Source: Candidatus Uhrbacteria bacterium RIFCSPLOWO2_01_FULL_47_17 (GTDB taxonomy: Bacteria > Patescibacteriota > Patescibacteriia > UBA9934 > GWF2-40-263). From it: a stretch of DNA of 64,000 bases. Position numbers and translations under genes: made by a program. Below, piece by piece: positions 36,759-46,937 of this stretch. Each line of letters starts with the position of its first letter. Positions within the stretch are counted from its first letter, which is position 1. Location: NCBI GenBank assembly GCA_001791305.1, contig MGEI01000005.1:146698-210697 (forward strand), given 5' to 3'. The notes under the pieces were generated by a model that was not told the DNA's origin, did not search any database, and saw only the letters and a list, made by a program, of their open reading frames with translations.

Positions 36759-37580
36759 TTAAACAGTCATGCTTGCTTGCGTAATCCTATCCGTCACTCT
36801 CGTTAGATTCTCGAAACCGGGAAGTTGCGCGACCCGGTCGTTCACGAATTTTTTCATGGTGTCGACACCACCCTCGCCCGCAAATAAGGTTCGAATGACC
36901 AAATTCGAGTCGGCCTCCGTTTTAATCCCCTGCCCAACCGGCGTCCAAAAACGATCGATAATGTTTCGAGAAAGCACTTGCGAGAACCTCGACTCGGCGA
37001 GATGAATTCTCGCCACACTCCAATAGAACAACGAGTGTCTGGCCTCTTCACGCGCAATCGCTTTCAATAAATACGTAAGCACGGGATGATCTGCAAGCTC
37101 CCAGAGTCGTCGATACCCCGTGAGCGTCGAATACTCATTGATCGCACCCCACGTCATGTGTACAGCCGCAAATCGTTTTCCAAATGGCATGGCAATCAAC
37201 TGATTCAACTTGCTGCGTTTCGTATATGAAACAGGAATCAACGCGAATCCTTTTGCTTTCCAATCTGCGTCCGGATTAAATCCCGCTTCTTCCATAAATC
37301 GATTCAAAAGCTCGCCATGAACGGGTTCCTCGGTCACCCATCGTTCCATGAATTCTCGAATCACCGGATCTTTTCCCGTTGGACTTTTCATGAGCTCTTC
37401 GAAATACACCTCGGTCATGGTTTCAATATCTCGCATGTACAATAAAACCGGCAAGAATTTCTTGTCGATCTCGTGTAACGTCACATCTTTCCACGGAACA
37501 GAATCAAGAAACGATTTGTTGATGACGCGGTCTTCACTCTGGTACCAGTTGAGCGCGTCTTTTGCGGTAGCAAATAACAT
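36759..37580 (-). CDS. Ferritin-like di-iron protein (acyl-ACP desaturase-like fold)
   Basis: E..., WVTEEPVHG, INE, IAREEARH. Confidence 0.75.
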   Translation of the reverse strand: MLFATAKDALNWYQSEDRVINKSFLDSVPWKDVTLHEIDKKFLPVLLYMRDIETMTEVYFEELMKSPTGKDPVIREFMERWVTEEPVHGELLNRFMEEAGFNPDADWKAKGFALIPVSYTKRSKLNQLIAMPFGKRFAAVHMTWGAINEYSTLTGYRRLWELADHPVLTYLLKAIAREEARHSLFYWSVARIHLAESRFSQVLSRNIIDRFWTPVGQGIKTEADSNLVIRTLFAGEGGVDTMKKFVNDRVAQLPGFENLTRVTDRITQASMTV

Positions 37581-37641
37581 AGTGGAAATAGTGTAACCGA
37601 TCCATAAAGAAAAACAACCGTTTTGAGGCGGTTGTGAGAGG

Positions 37642-38828
37642 TTAGTCGTCCATGAATTCAAGAAAGATCTGTGGAATTGTGATGAGAACGCAGATCATTA
37701 TGTAGCAAAATGCGAGTTTGAATCCGAGTGCCTGGTAAATACAGAAACTTACAAAGCAGCTTGGGATTCCGACCCAGAATGTTCGTTGCGCTGCAGAGAG
37801 CGAGGCGTTCTTTGTGAGCATGCTCATGAACACCGCGGCGGTCAAAATGCAAAGCACAAAATCTGAGATGAAGCGGTGCAAGAGCCAGTACAAACCGTAC
37901 TGAAGCCCAAGCATGAGACAAACGAGAATAGAAATAACGATCATGAATGCAGGAATCGAAGGAGTCTTCTCGAACTGCTTTGGCAGATTCTTGTCGTACA
38001 AGAGAACATCGGCAAGGAGCGAAAGTGTTGATCCGAAAAAGATTCCGAATGCGACATAGTCACCCAATAACCAGCCAGGAAGTGCGAACGTCGGCTCTGC
38101 CGAAAACCACACAAGCGTGTCAGAAATCGGTTTGTCCATCACGTGTAGCGCAGCGAATGCGTATACGAAGTGGACGACGATACGAACAAAGTCGATGACG
38201 CTCGTGTTTTGAATCTTGTGCAGGCTGAACAGAACGGAATTCATCGCAAAGTGTGCGAACACAGAAGCAACGAGTCCATATCGGACAAACACGAACGAGA
38301 GCAACAGGCCGCTCATGAATTGCGGGAGCACACGAGCCCATTGGCGTTCAGCGAGATCTTTATAATTTGCGAGGTGAACGTAGGCAAAAAAGAGGTTCGA
38401 CGCAATCAACAACACATAAAATGCATTGCCAGAAAACAACGACAGCTTTGACCCTTGTCCAAGCAGGAACCATCGAAAAAACAGTTCCTCAACAAAGACC
38501 ACCCCAAACAGCAAGCGAAAGTGGTGTCCGTCCGAAGTGCTCTCAAAAAAGCTCCGCAGCGAATGTGATTGTGTTTTTCCCAAAATCGCGCGTGTGCCAC
38601 AGTGGCATGCAAGCACCAAGGGGAAATCAATCGCAACAATCAGGAATACAAACGGAATGATTCCAAGAAGTGTGGTCGCTCTGCCGGTTGGTGCGATCCA
38701 GACGCGGTCAGAAACGCCCACAGCTCATTCAAGATCCCTTGCGGGTTCTCAGTAAAGTTCCAGCCGATACAGAGCATGAGCAGCCAACTCATCGCTGCCG
38801 TAAACAATCCGGTCTGTTTCGTTTGCAC
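37642..38828 (-). pseudogene. CPBP (CAAX-protease/Abi) intramembrane metalloprotease, apparently frameshifted near 38680
   Basis: EELFFR, FAYVH, HFAMN in 37642..38721; GTG start with GAGGAGG at 38828 lies in another frame. Confidence 0.65.
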
Positions 38829-38938
38829 GCTTTCTTCCTCCTCTCTCTTATGAAACGAACATTCAGCTCCATTGCTGAACGAACAAATCTAGCAAAAAAT
38901 CTTGGTTTTGTCAATCGATCGGGATATAATTCACCTAT

Positions 38939-39676
38939 ATGCCCTCTCCTCTTCAAAAAATTGAATTGGCCTTGTGTGGACTTGCGATTGACGATCCAAA
39001 GTACAAAGCCTTTCGTCAGAAAACCACCAAACTGCGCGTGCTTGGCATTCGCGTGCCAGTACTTCAGAAATTAGTCTGCGACGGATTTCAGTTTTACAAC
39101 AAAACCGAAAAAGATATTTTGCATGTATGGAATGGCGTGTGGAACACAAGTCGCATGCACGAAGCGATGTATCTGCCATTGTTTTATTATCGCAACCACA
39201 AACACGTACTCGGCACATACGAATGGCACGTCATAAAAAAGTGGATTGACCGCGTGGAAAACTGGGAGCATGCGGATGCGCTTGCATACCTCTATTCCAT
39301 TTTGCTTGAACGCTATCCAAAACTCATTTTGCCGACACTCAAAAAATGGAATCGTTCGAACAATCCGTGGAAACAACGCATCTCGATTGTGTCTCTCATT
39401 TATTACGCCTCCAAAAACCGCAAAGCCCCGCCGGTTGGCCTTGTACTCAAAATGGTCGAACCCCTGATTCCGTCGAAAGACCCCTATGTGCGCAAGGCAG
39501 TCGGATGGACGCTGCGTGAAAGTTACAAGCTGTATCCAAAAGAAACGTTTGCGTTTCTAAAAAAGCACATCCAAGAATTAGCGGCCGTGAGTTTTTCGTA
39601 TGCGACAGAGCGAGTGACAAAGGAGCAGAAGACGGAGTTGAAACGAATGCGATCTCGACAAAAATCCAAATTCTGA
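38939..39676 (+). CDS. DNA alkylation repair protein (AlkD-like HEAT repeat)
   Basis: LGIRVP, VENWEHAD, NPWKQR, YVRKAVGWTLRE. Confidence 0.85.
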   Translation: MPSPLQKIELALCGLAIDDPKYKAFRQKTTKLRVLGIRVPVLQKLVCDGFQFYNKTEKDILHVWNGVWNTSRMHEAMYLPLFYYRNHKHVLGTYEWHVIKKWIDRVENWEHADALAYLYSILLERYPKLILPTLKKWNRSNNPWKQRISIVSLIYYASKNRKAPPVGLVLKMVEPLIPSKDPYVRKAVGWTLRESYKLYPKETFAFLKKHIQELAAVSFSYATERVTKEQKTELKRMRSRQKSKF

Positions 39677-39695
39677 TAATCTACAGCCCGTGCGT

Positions 39696-39823
39696 GCTAA
39701 AACTTTCCAAATTGGATGCAAAATTGTTGTGTTGCGAGCACCGCAAGTGAGCTGTACACGGAAGTACAGCGAACGCGGAGCACAGCGACACAACAATTTG
39801 GCGCCGATTTGGGAAGTTTTAGC
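39696..39823 (+). ncRNA. 128-nt rod hairpin abutting the tRNA-Leu 5' end
   Basis: gctaaaactttccaaattgg/ccgatttgggaagttttagc basal stem; related to 29711..29837. Confidence 0.75.
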
Positions 39824-39909
39824 GGGACAGTGGCGGAATGGTATACGCTCGACACTTAAAATGTCGTCTGGGAAACCGGGTGCGGGTTCGAGTCCCGCCT
39901 GTCCCACCA
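39824..39909 (+). tRNA. tRNA-Leu(TAA)
   Basis: Anticodon arm cgaca-cttaaaa-tgtcg; long variable arm; CCA. Confidence 0.95.
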
Positions 39910-40010
39910 TCCTACGCTCTGGCTGTTTTCTATATCCAGAGCGTAGGATGCCCTTCGAAGCTTTAGCGAAGAACGGGCGCATTGTGTCGCCAGAGCTTCG
40001 GATGGCAAGT
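39908..40010. repeat. Composite palindromic element downstream of tRNA-Leu
   Basis: catcctacgctctgg/ccagagcgtaggatg hairpin followed by cccttcgaagctttagcgaagaacggg. Confidence 0.55.
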
Positions 40011-40116
40011 CAAAAAAGAATCACGATGTGATTCTTTTTTGTTTGACCATCAACCATTGACAATCTTTCGCAGAAACTTTAAGGTCTCGATAGGCAAGAA
40101 ACAAAAGGAGTCTTTC

Positions 40117-40374
40117 ATGACCATCGCTGTTGAAGCCACTCGTCCGTTTCATGAATCGATCATCGACGTCCTCCCAATTGCAAACGGCTCCCAACTCACC
40201 ATCTTGGCCGATCTCATCAAGCGAACAGCCATTCCCAAAAACCACGACGCGATCATTGCGGCGTGGACACGTCGCACGCTCGACATGCACAGCCCGGACT
40301 ATGGCGTTTCCGAATACCTTCAGCGCCAAAAAGAACAGGCTGCGTTTACCGCACGGATCACGACCGGATGCTAA
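40117..40374 (+). CDS. Hypothetical protein (85 aa), paralog 1
   Basis: AAGGAG SD; PFHESI...NHDAIIAAW. Confidence 0.7.
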   Translation: MTIAVEATRPFHESIIDVLPIANGSQLTILADLIKRTAIPKNHDAIIAAWTRRTLDMHSPDYGVSEYLQRQKEQAAFTARITTGC

Positions 40375-40383
40375 GGAGGCATC

Positions 40384-40641
40384 ATGAGTGGATTTCTCTT
40401 TTCGCAACCGTTTGAAGATTCGATCGTTGAATCAATAAGCACCGCAGATCGCGCAGAACTCGAATGTCTTGCACGACTCATCACACGCACGCGCATCACG
40501 CGCAACCACGACGCAATCTTGGCTGCATGGATCACCCGAACACGTTTTTTCTCTGTTTCCGACTTGGGTGTCACGGATCACATCGTTCGACAACGTTCCT
40601 ACACAGAACAATCTTCTTTGACCCGTCAACCTGAACGCTGA
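40384..40641 (+). CDS. Hypothetical protein (85 aa), paralog 2
   Basis: AAGGAGG SD; PFEDSI...NHDAILAAW. Confidence 0.7.
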   Translation: MSGFLFSQPFEDSIVESISTADRAELECLARLITRTRITRNHDAILAAWITRTRFFSVSDLGVTDHIVRQRSYTEQSSLTRQPER

Positions 40642-40711
40642 ATTTTCAGCGTTTTTTCTTTTCCCCAACACGCTTGCGCTTCGACCCAGAGTCGAACATA
40701 ATACAAACAAT

Positions 40712-41779
40712 ATGATCGAACGCGAGGAATTCGAAGCACAATCTGATCTCTCGACAAGCTCAAGAAATAGTGAGGCAACCGTCACCCCAAGCGCTTCTCC
40801 CGAAGAGCGGGATTTTGAATTTTCGCTTCGTCCAAAAACGCTTGCCGAATTTGTCGGGCAAGAGGGATTAAAAGAGAACTTGACCGTATTCATGCAAGCG
40901 GCAAAAAAGCGTGAGGAACCGATCGAACATGTGCTTCTCTACGGAAACCCGGGGCTTGGAAAAACCACCCTTGCGCACATCATTGCAACAGAAATGGGTT
41001 CACAGATTCGTGTGACGTCGGGCCCCGCCCTCGAGAAAGTTGGCGACCTTGCCGCGATCCTCTCAAACCTCCAGAAAGGCGATATTCTTTTTATCGACGA
41101 AATCCACCGCATCAATAAAACGATCGAGGAAGTTTTGTATCCTGCGATGGAAGACTATGCGCTCGACATTATTGTCGGCAAAGGCCCGACCGCTCGTACA
41201 CTTCGCATCAACCTTGAACACTTTACGATCATTGGAGCGACAACACGCCTCTCGCTTTTATCCGCACCACTTCGAGATCGTTTCGGCATGGTGCACCACT
41301 TGGATTTTTACACGCGCGATGATCTTGCAATCATCTTACGTCGCAATGCGAATCTGCTTCGATCCCCCATTCACGAAGACGCGGTCGAACTCCTCGCGAT
41401 GCGCTCGCGTCTGACTCCACGTATTGCAAACCGCATGCTCCGCCGTGCACGCGATTTTGCGCAAGTGAAAGGTGACGGTTCGATTACACCCGATCTCTGT
41501 CGCGATGCGCTTGCCATGATGCGCGTGGATGAAGAAGGCTTGGACGCCGTTGATCGCCACATTCTCACAACCATCATGGAAAAATTCCAAGGCGGACCCG
41601 TTGGACTCTCCACCATTGCCGCCGCGACGCAAGAAGAAATGGAAACGATTGAGGATGTCCACGAGCCTTACTTACTCCAACTCGGCTTCCTCGCACGAAC
41701 CCCGCGCGGACGCGTCGCCACAGATCGCGCCTACAAACACCTCGGCCGCGATATCCCAGAACAAAGTCGTCTGATATAA
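40712..41779 (+). CDS. ruvB: Holliday junction branch migration helicase RuvB
   Basis: [54 protein letters not shown]. Confidence 0.97.
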   Translation: MIEREEFEAQSDLSTSSRNSEATVTPSASPEERDFEFSLRPKTLAEFVGQEGLKENLTVFMQAAKKREEPIEHVLLYGNPGLGKTTLAHIIATEMGSQIRVTSGPALEKVGDLAAILSNLQKGDILFIDEIHRINKTIEEVLYPAMEDYALDIIVGKGPTARTLRINLEHFTIIGATTRLSLLSAPLRDRFGMVHHLDFYTRDDLAIILRRNANLLRSPIHEDAVELLAMRSRLTPRIANRMLRRARDFAQVKGDGSITPDLCRDALAMMRVDEEGLDAVDRHILTTIMEKFQGGPVGLSTIAAATQEEMETIEDVHEPYLLQLGFLARTPRGRVATDRAYKHLGRDIPEQSRLI

Positions 41780-41789
41780 TAAGCGCACT

Positions 41790-42071
41790 ATGTCTTTCTC
41801 TTTTCCAGAAATTTCCATTCCTGTTTTCTCCTTTCTTGGAATTTTTGGTTTGTACATGGCTTGCTACGTTCTCTACAGTCTTTTTAACATCTTTCACCTT
41901 GTGAAATACGGAATTGCCGGAAACGGACTTTTTTTGATTGTCTTTACTTTTTTGGGAGGAACCATTCTCCTTGTCGCCGCTTCCATTTTTTTGTTGCTCC
42001 CCTATGATTGGACGTACGCGATCCCGTTGAATCAGATAACGGATGTGTTTAACGAAAACGTCGCTTTATGA
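41790..42071 (+). CDS. Small membrane protein
   Basis: Two TM helices; operonic. Confidence 0.7.
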   Translation: MSFSFPEISIPVFSFLGIFGLYMACYVLYSLFNIFHLVKYGIAGNGLFLIVFTFLGGTILLVAASIFLLLPYDWTYAIPLNQITDVFNENVAL

Positions 42072-42622
42072 TGAATCTCCATCATCTTCCAAATCAACGC
42101 CCGAACGAACATGTCGTCTTATTTTTGCGACGACATTGGTTTTCTCTTTTACGCATTGGTTGCGCGTTTGCTCTCCTTACAATTCTTCCCCTTTCCCTTC
42201 TTTGGTATTTTTGGAATTCTGTTTCTGTTTGGATCCAAGAACCGTTTTTGGGTCCCCTGCTCACCATGGTTGGATGCATGTATTTTTTGTCCATCTGGTT
42301 ATTTGTTTTTTTGGAATTCACGGATTATTACCTCGACACGTGGATCATCACCAATGAGCGCGTGCTGAACATCGAACAAGAAGGATTATTTAAACGCACC
42401 TCATCCGAACTCGATCTCGCCTCCGTTCAAGACGCGACGGCTGAGACACGCGGATTTTTTGAAACAATGTTCTCGTATGGAAACTTATTTGTACAAACCG
42501 CCGGTGAAAAAGTACGGTTTCATTTCAAATCGATTGGTCACCCTGAATACGTAAAAGAACTGCTCATGAGGCATGTACAGGAAGATAAGCAGCGGGTGGT
42601 GCACACGAAGGAAACGAAGTGA
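42068..42622 (+). CDS. Membrane protein with bacterial PH domain
   Basis: LRRHW, two TMs, WIITNERV..EQ.GLF, YGNLFVQTAG. Confidence 0.8.
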   Translation: MMNLHHLPNQRPNEHVVLFLRRHWFSLLRIGCAFALLTILPLSLLWYFWNSVSVWIQEPFLGPLLTMVGCMYFLSIWLFVFLEFTDYYLDTWIITNERVLNIEQEGLFKRTSSELDLASVQDATAETRGFFETMFSYGNLFVQTAGEKVRFHFKSIGHPEYVKELLMRHVQEDKQRVVHTKETK

Positions 42623-42671
42623 TGAGAAAATCGTGCAGAAATAAAATACTCTGTGGTCACCACAGAGTATT

Positions 42672-43541
42672 TTATTTCCACTCATACACATTCCACGCCC
42701 AGTCGGAAAGTTCTTTTGCCACTTCAAATGAATGTGCGCGCGAGTCGGCTCCGAAGAGAACGATGAGGAGTTCTTTTTTTGTTTCGCGGGCGGATGGCCG
42801 AAGGGTTACAGCGAGATTCCATCCGGATTCTTCGAGATACCCAGTTTTTCCACCTGTTACCCACACGTCATCATACGCCGGTTTAAAAAGCATCCAGTTT
42901 GTGGAGGTGATTTTTTTCATCGCCCCCGTATTTGCAACACGAATGTTTCTGTTTGGTGTTGTTGTGTAGCGCTGAATTTGTGGATGAATAAAAATGATAT
43001 TCGCGAGTTTTGCAACGTCCATGACGGTGGATGTATTTGCAAGTTCCATTCCGCTTGGATCCGCATAGGTGGTGTGATTGAGCCCAAGGATCTTTGCGCG
43101 TGCATTCATTTGTTTTACAAAATCCTCGCGCGTGGGCGTACAGGTGCGGGCGAGGGCGTTTGCAGCGTTGTTCGCGGAACCGGAAAGCATGGCGTAAAAC
43201 AAATCATCTACCGAAAATTTGTCTCCATGTTTTATATACAGCTTCGCACCTCCAACATCATCTTCTTTTAAAATGGGCTGTAACTTTTTAGGGGAAACTT
43301 GATTTTGCAAAACCAAATCCGCGGTCATGAGTTTTGTGAGCGACGCGATCGGCCAAACAAGATTCTCTTGTTTCAACGTAAGCACTGTTCCGGTTGTGCG
43401 ATCAATAACCACATACGCCCGCGCGGAGACACTTGATTCAATTTCGGTAGGATCAACTCGCACGGGTGCCGCAAAAATGGCTGTGGGGAAAATCCCAGCA
43501 AAAAATACCAATGCGATCGTGAAGAATGTTTTTTGAAACAT
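42672..43541 (-). CDS. D-Ala-D-Ala carboxypeptidase/endopeptidase (peptidase S11)
   Basis: IASLTK, SAN, KTG motifs; signal peptide. Confidence 0.9.
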   Translation of the reverse strand: MFQKTFFTIALVFFAGIFPTAIFAAPVRVDPTEIESSVSARAYVVIDRTTGTVLTLKQENLVWPIASLTKLMTADLVLQNQVSPKKLQPILKEDDVGGAKLYIKHGDKFSVDDLFYAMLSGSANNAANALARTCTPTREDFVKQMNARAKILGLNHTTYADPSGMELANTSTVMDVAKLANIIFIHPQIQRYTTTPNRNIRVANTGAMKKITSTNWMLFKPAYDDVWVTGGKTGYLEESGWNLAVTLRPSARETKKELLIVLFGADSRAHSFEVAKELSDWAWNVYEWK

Positions 43542-43546
43542 GTGCG

Positions 43547-45412
43547 TCACATCCAGCGTTTTGTTAAATCGATGCCCTGATAAAAATACTTCAAAATGTC
43601 GTCCCACTTTCTTCCGCTCTTTGCCATACAAAGTGCTTCGCTTGCGGAGAGTCCAACACCGTGACCCCAAAGTTTACGTCCATTTGCCGCGTCACACGGA
43701 GTTGGAACGGATTTTATCCAAGCAACCGTTCCGTGCCACACCTCTCCCCAATCGCGCGTGCGTCCGTCTGAACGCGAGAAGTAGGGTGTGATAGCTGTTC
43801 TGCCCTCATATGTCACGGTCACACCACGCGTTTCTTGCGCAGAAAGTCGGATGGATGGATTGTTCACCTCATATTCATATCCTCGATATACCTGATCATC
43901 TGCAGAAGAATTCATATGAAAAAATTCGTTTGCGTGTTTGGTGGCGCGCTCAAAGTGATAAAGGGCGTATGTTCGTGCGATGGTGATCAGCGTTTTTTTG
44001 AATTCATGATCTGAGAGTTCTGATGTTTCTCCAAGACCGGCGAGATACTCTTCCATCTTCACTTCATTGATGACCCACGTGCGATCTTTTTTACTGTTGT
44101 AACGAAGTTCAAGAATATTTCGGAACGTATTTTCCGCATAGCCCGCACGGCGCGTCACGCGCTTGTCAAAATTTTCAATCTTACACACAGCCCCTTCTGT
44201 GTTTGGAACGAATCGTAAGAAAAACGATGACTGCTCGAGCCCTTGTCCACGATTAAAATAATAACGACTGTTTTTGTAAAATGCGTTTATGGATTGATTC
44301 GCTGCCTGCTCGGCAAGAAGCGCACCATTGCCATCAACCAACTTCCAATCGGTGTTGCAACTGATCTTCACTTCGTTATTTGTTTCTTCATCCACAATCA
44401 AAACGCCGATGCGCAGCATGGGTTCTGGAATCATGTTTTGTAATATGGTCGCGTCGAGAACTGGACTGTTCAACACATCTTCCGCATCCGACGTAACCTC
44501 AACCGGAATCAAAATTTCCGCGTCAGACAACACAACATCATTTGCCGCAAACTGATATTTTATGGTGTACATTCCTTTTGTAGGCGGAGCTTTAAAAACA
44601 AATGACAGAAAATCGAGTGCGCCCGGCTCTACAACTCCCGATGTATTGAGGGCGATCTGTGTTGTTGGCAACGCTCCAACACTTGCGATCGCGAGTGCAT
44701 CAGAAGAACGCACTTCTCGTTTCATCCATGGGGTCGTCCCGGTGTTTTTCATTCCTACCTTATACACAATTTGTTCATTTCCTTCTGCCGTGACAAGTTT
44801 TGTGGAGCGCAGCAAAAGAAAGGCGGATAATGTGGGCGCGCTTGTATCAGAAACCAATTTTACACTTGGAGCGGATGCGGGTTTTGCTTTTGCAACGGTT
44901 CCTGGTTTTTGCACCTCAATGACCAATTTCAATTCCCCTCCCGGAATCCAGGTTATGTCTTCCGCCACCATCCCAAACGCTTCTTTATACGTTCCAACTT
45001 TTTCCGGCGCTTTCAAAACCAATTTAAAATTGCCACTTGCACCCGGTTTTACCGTTGTCTCTTTTAAAAGCGCTGCATGCGTGGCATCAAACCAGTTTTT
45101 TGCTTCAAAAACACTTTTGCGATAATTCTTATCCGCCGTATAAAACGAAACATACCCCGCACCTTTGCGCTTCCACGCAGTCTTCCCACTATTTTTATAC
45201 GTAAGCGAAATCGTTTTTGTTTCTCCCGGCGCCATTATGATGGTCTCGATAGGTGCGGTCACGACTTTTGCCTCATACCCTTTGCGAGGGGCGGCGTTTG
45301 CAAAAGGGATTGATGTCACCGCAAAGAAAAAAACAAGACCGAATAATGCGATCTTCTTCCCCACTTGCCTGCCGAGAGGCAAGGCGGCGTTTTGGTGTAA
45401 AAAACGCTTCAT
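43547..45412 (-). CDS. SpoIID/LytB-domain protein with N-terminal Ig-like domains
   Basis: INEVKMEEYLAG..E, ARTYA, DQVYRG, GHGVGLS, ILKYFYQG. Confidence 0.85.
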   Translation of the reverse strand: MKRFLHQNAALPLGRQVGKKIALFGLVFFFAVTSIPFANAAPRKGYEAKVVTAPIETIIMAPGETKTISLTYKNSGKTAWKRKGAGYVSFYTADKNYRKSVFEAKNWFDATHAALLKETTVKPGASGNFKLVLKAPEKVGTYKEAFGMVAEDITWIPGGELKLVIEVQKPGTVAKAKPASAPSVKLVSDTSAPTLSAFLLLRSTKLVTAEGNEQIVYKVGMKNTGTTPWMKREVRSSDALAIASVGALPTTQIALNTSGVVEPGALDFLSFVFKAPPTKGMYTIKYQFAANDVVLSDAEILIPVEVTSDAEDVLNSPVLDATILQNMIPEPMLRIGVLIVDEETNNEVKISCNTDWKLVDGNGALLAEQAANQSINAFYKNSRYYFNRGQGLEQSSFFLRFVPNTEGAVCKIENFDKRVTRRAGYAENTFRNILELRYNSKKDRTWVINEVKMEEYLAGLGETSELSDHEFKKTLITIARTYALYHFERATKHANEFFHMNSSADDQVYRGYEYEVNNPSIRLSAQETRGVTVTYEGRTAITPYFSRSDGRTRDWGEVWHGTVAWIKSVPTPCDAANGRKLWGHGVGLSASEALCMAKSGRKWDDILKYFYQGIDLTKRWM

Positions 45413-45503
45413 AGTAAGAACTATTTTATCGAAAAAAGTCACGATGGTCAAAAGACCGTTGCAGCTTTTCCCTCTACTCTCACCCTGCTACAATGACTGC
45501 ATT

Positions 45504-46937
45504 ATGATCTCTGCACATTCTTTAGCCAAAAATTTCACGATCCAGACGGTCGGTAAAGTGTTTTCGATCCTCATTGGACTTGCAACGGTCGCCATTCTGA
45601 CGCGCGCGCTTGGGACGGAACAATTCGGAGAATACACGACCGTCGCTACGTTTCTTCAATTCTTTGGCATCCTCGTCGACTTTGGCCTGACCCTCACGTT
45701 GCTCGTCATGATTTCGGAAAAAGGGGCGAACGAGGAACAAGTCGCGGGAAATTTTCTTGGACTGCGTCTTGTCTCTGGTTTTCTTCTCTTTGCACTTGCC
45801 CCAATCATCGTTCTTGCGTTCCCGTATTCGTCGACCATCAAACAGGCCGTCCTCTTTGGTGCATTCGCCTACTTCCTCATGGGCGGAGCGTCCCTTCTCG
45901 TCGGTGTGTTCCAAAAACATGAGGCGATTTGGCGCGCGGCGCTTGCGGAACTCATCAATCGATTTGTCTTGCTCGTAACAATCGCGATTCTTGCATGGCT
46001 CAACTTCGGCGTGGTTGCGTTTACCGCTGCGGCGATCCTCGCAAACGCCATTTGGTTTTTGGTGATGATCCGCTTCGCACGTCCATTCGTGCATATTCGA
46101 CCACGGTTCGAGATCGAAACATGGAAAAAAATCTTTCTACACAGCTGGCCGATTGCGGTCTCAATCATTTTCAACCTCATGTATCTCAAGGGCGATATTC
46201 TGTTACTCTCCTTATTTCGATCGCAAACCGAAGTTGGATTATACGGCGTCGCTTATCGTGTAATCGATATCCTCACTGTCATTCCAACCATGTTTATGGG
46301 ATTATTACTCCCGTCCCTCACACTTGCCTGGACAAACGGTGATCACGAACAATTTCGCTCGCGACTCTCACGAACATTCGATCTGTTTATGGTCTTTGTG
46401 ATTCCGGTTATCGCCGGCGCGCAAATTCTTGGCGTGCAACTTATTGAACTCATTGCTGGGCAAGGATACGAACAAGGTGGTGCAGTATTAAAAGTACTCA
46501 TTCTCGCCTTATTCGGCGTATTTGTTGGAACACTCTTCGGCCACCTCGTTGTTGCACTCAATAAACAACGCGCCATGATTCTTGGTTATGCCGCAACCGC
46601 TGCTGTAACTCTTGCGGGATACCTCTACGTCATCCCGCGCTTCGGCATGTATGGCGCGGCCTGGATGACGGTGTTTTCCGAAGCATTGATCGCAATCATC
46701 ACATTCATCGTCGTGTTTCGAACATCAGGTGCTCTGCCGCATCTTCGTGTTTTTCTCAAAGCGCTCTTCGCCGCACTTATCATGTCTAGCTTCCTTCTCT
46801 TGCGCCCATCTGTACACGTCGCGCTCGATATTTTATTTGGCGCACTCGTTTATTTTGCGGTGATGGTTCTTATTCGAGGAATTAGGATCGAAGACGTAAA
46901 ACTCATGTTACCTGGGCGTTTCAAAAAATCCGTATGA
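45504..46937 (+). CDS. Polysaccharide flippase (Wzx/MOP family)
   Basis: RALG..FG, DFGL, VGLYGVAYR, PRFGMYGAA; many TMs. Confidence 0.88.
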   Translation: MISAHSLAKNFTIQTVGKVFSILIGLATVAILTRALGTEQFGEYTTVATFLQFFGILVDFGLTLTLLVMISEKGANEEQVAGNFLGLRLVSGFLLFALAPIIVLAFPYSSTIKQAVLFGAFAYFLMGGASLLVGVFQKHEAIWRAALAELINRFVLLVTIAILAWLNFGVVAFTAAAILANAIWFLVMIRFARPFVHIRPRFEIETWKKIFLHSWPIAVSIIFNLMYLKGDILLLSLFRSQTEVGLYGVAYRVIDILTVIPTMFMGLLLPSLTLAWTNGDHEQFRSRLSRTFDLFMVFVIPVIAGAQILGVQLIELIAGQGYEQGGAVLKVLILALFGVFVGTLFGHLVVALNKQRAMILGYAATAAVTLAGYLYVIPRFGMYGAAWMTVFSEALIAIITFIVVFRTSGALPHLRVFLKALFAALIMSSFLLLRPSVHVALDILFGALVYFAVMVLIRGIRIEDVKLMLPGRFKKSV

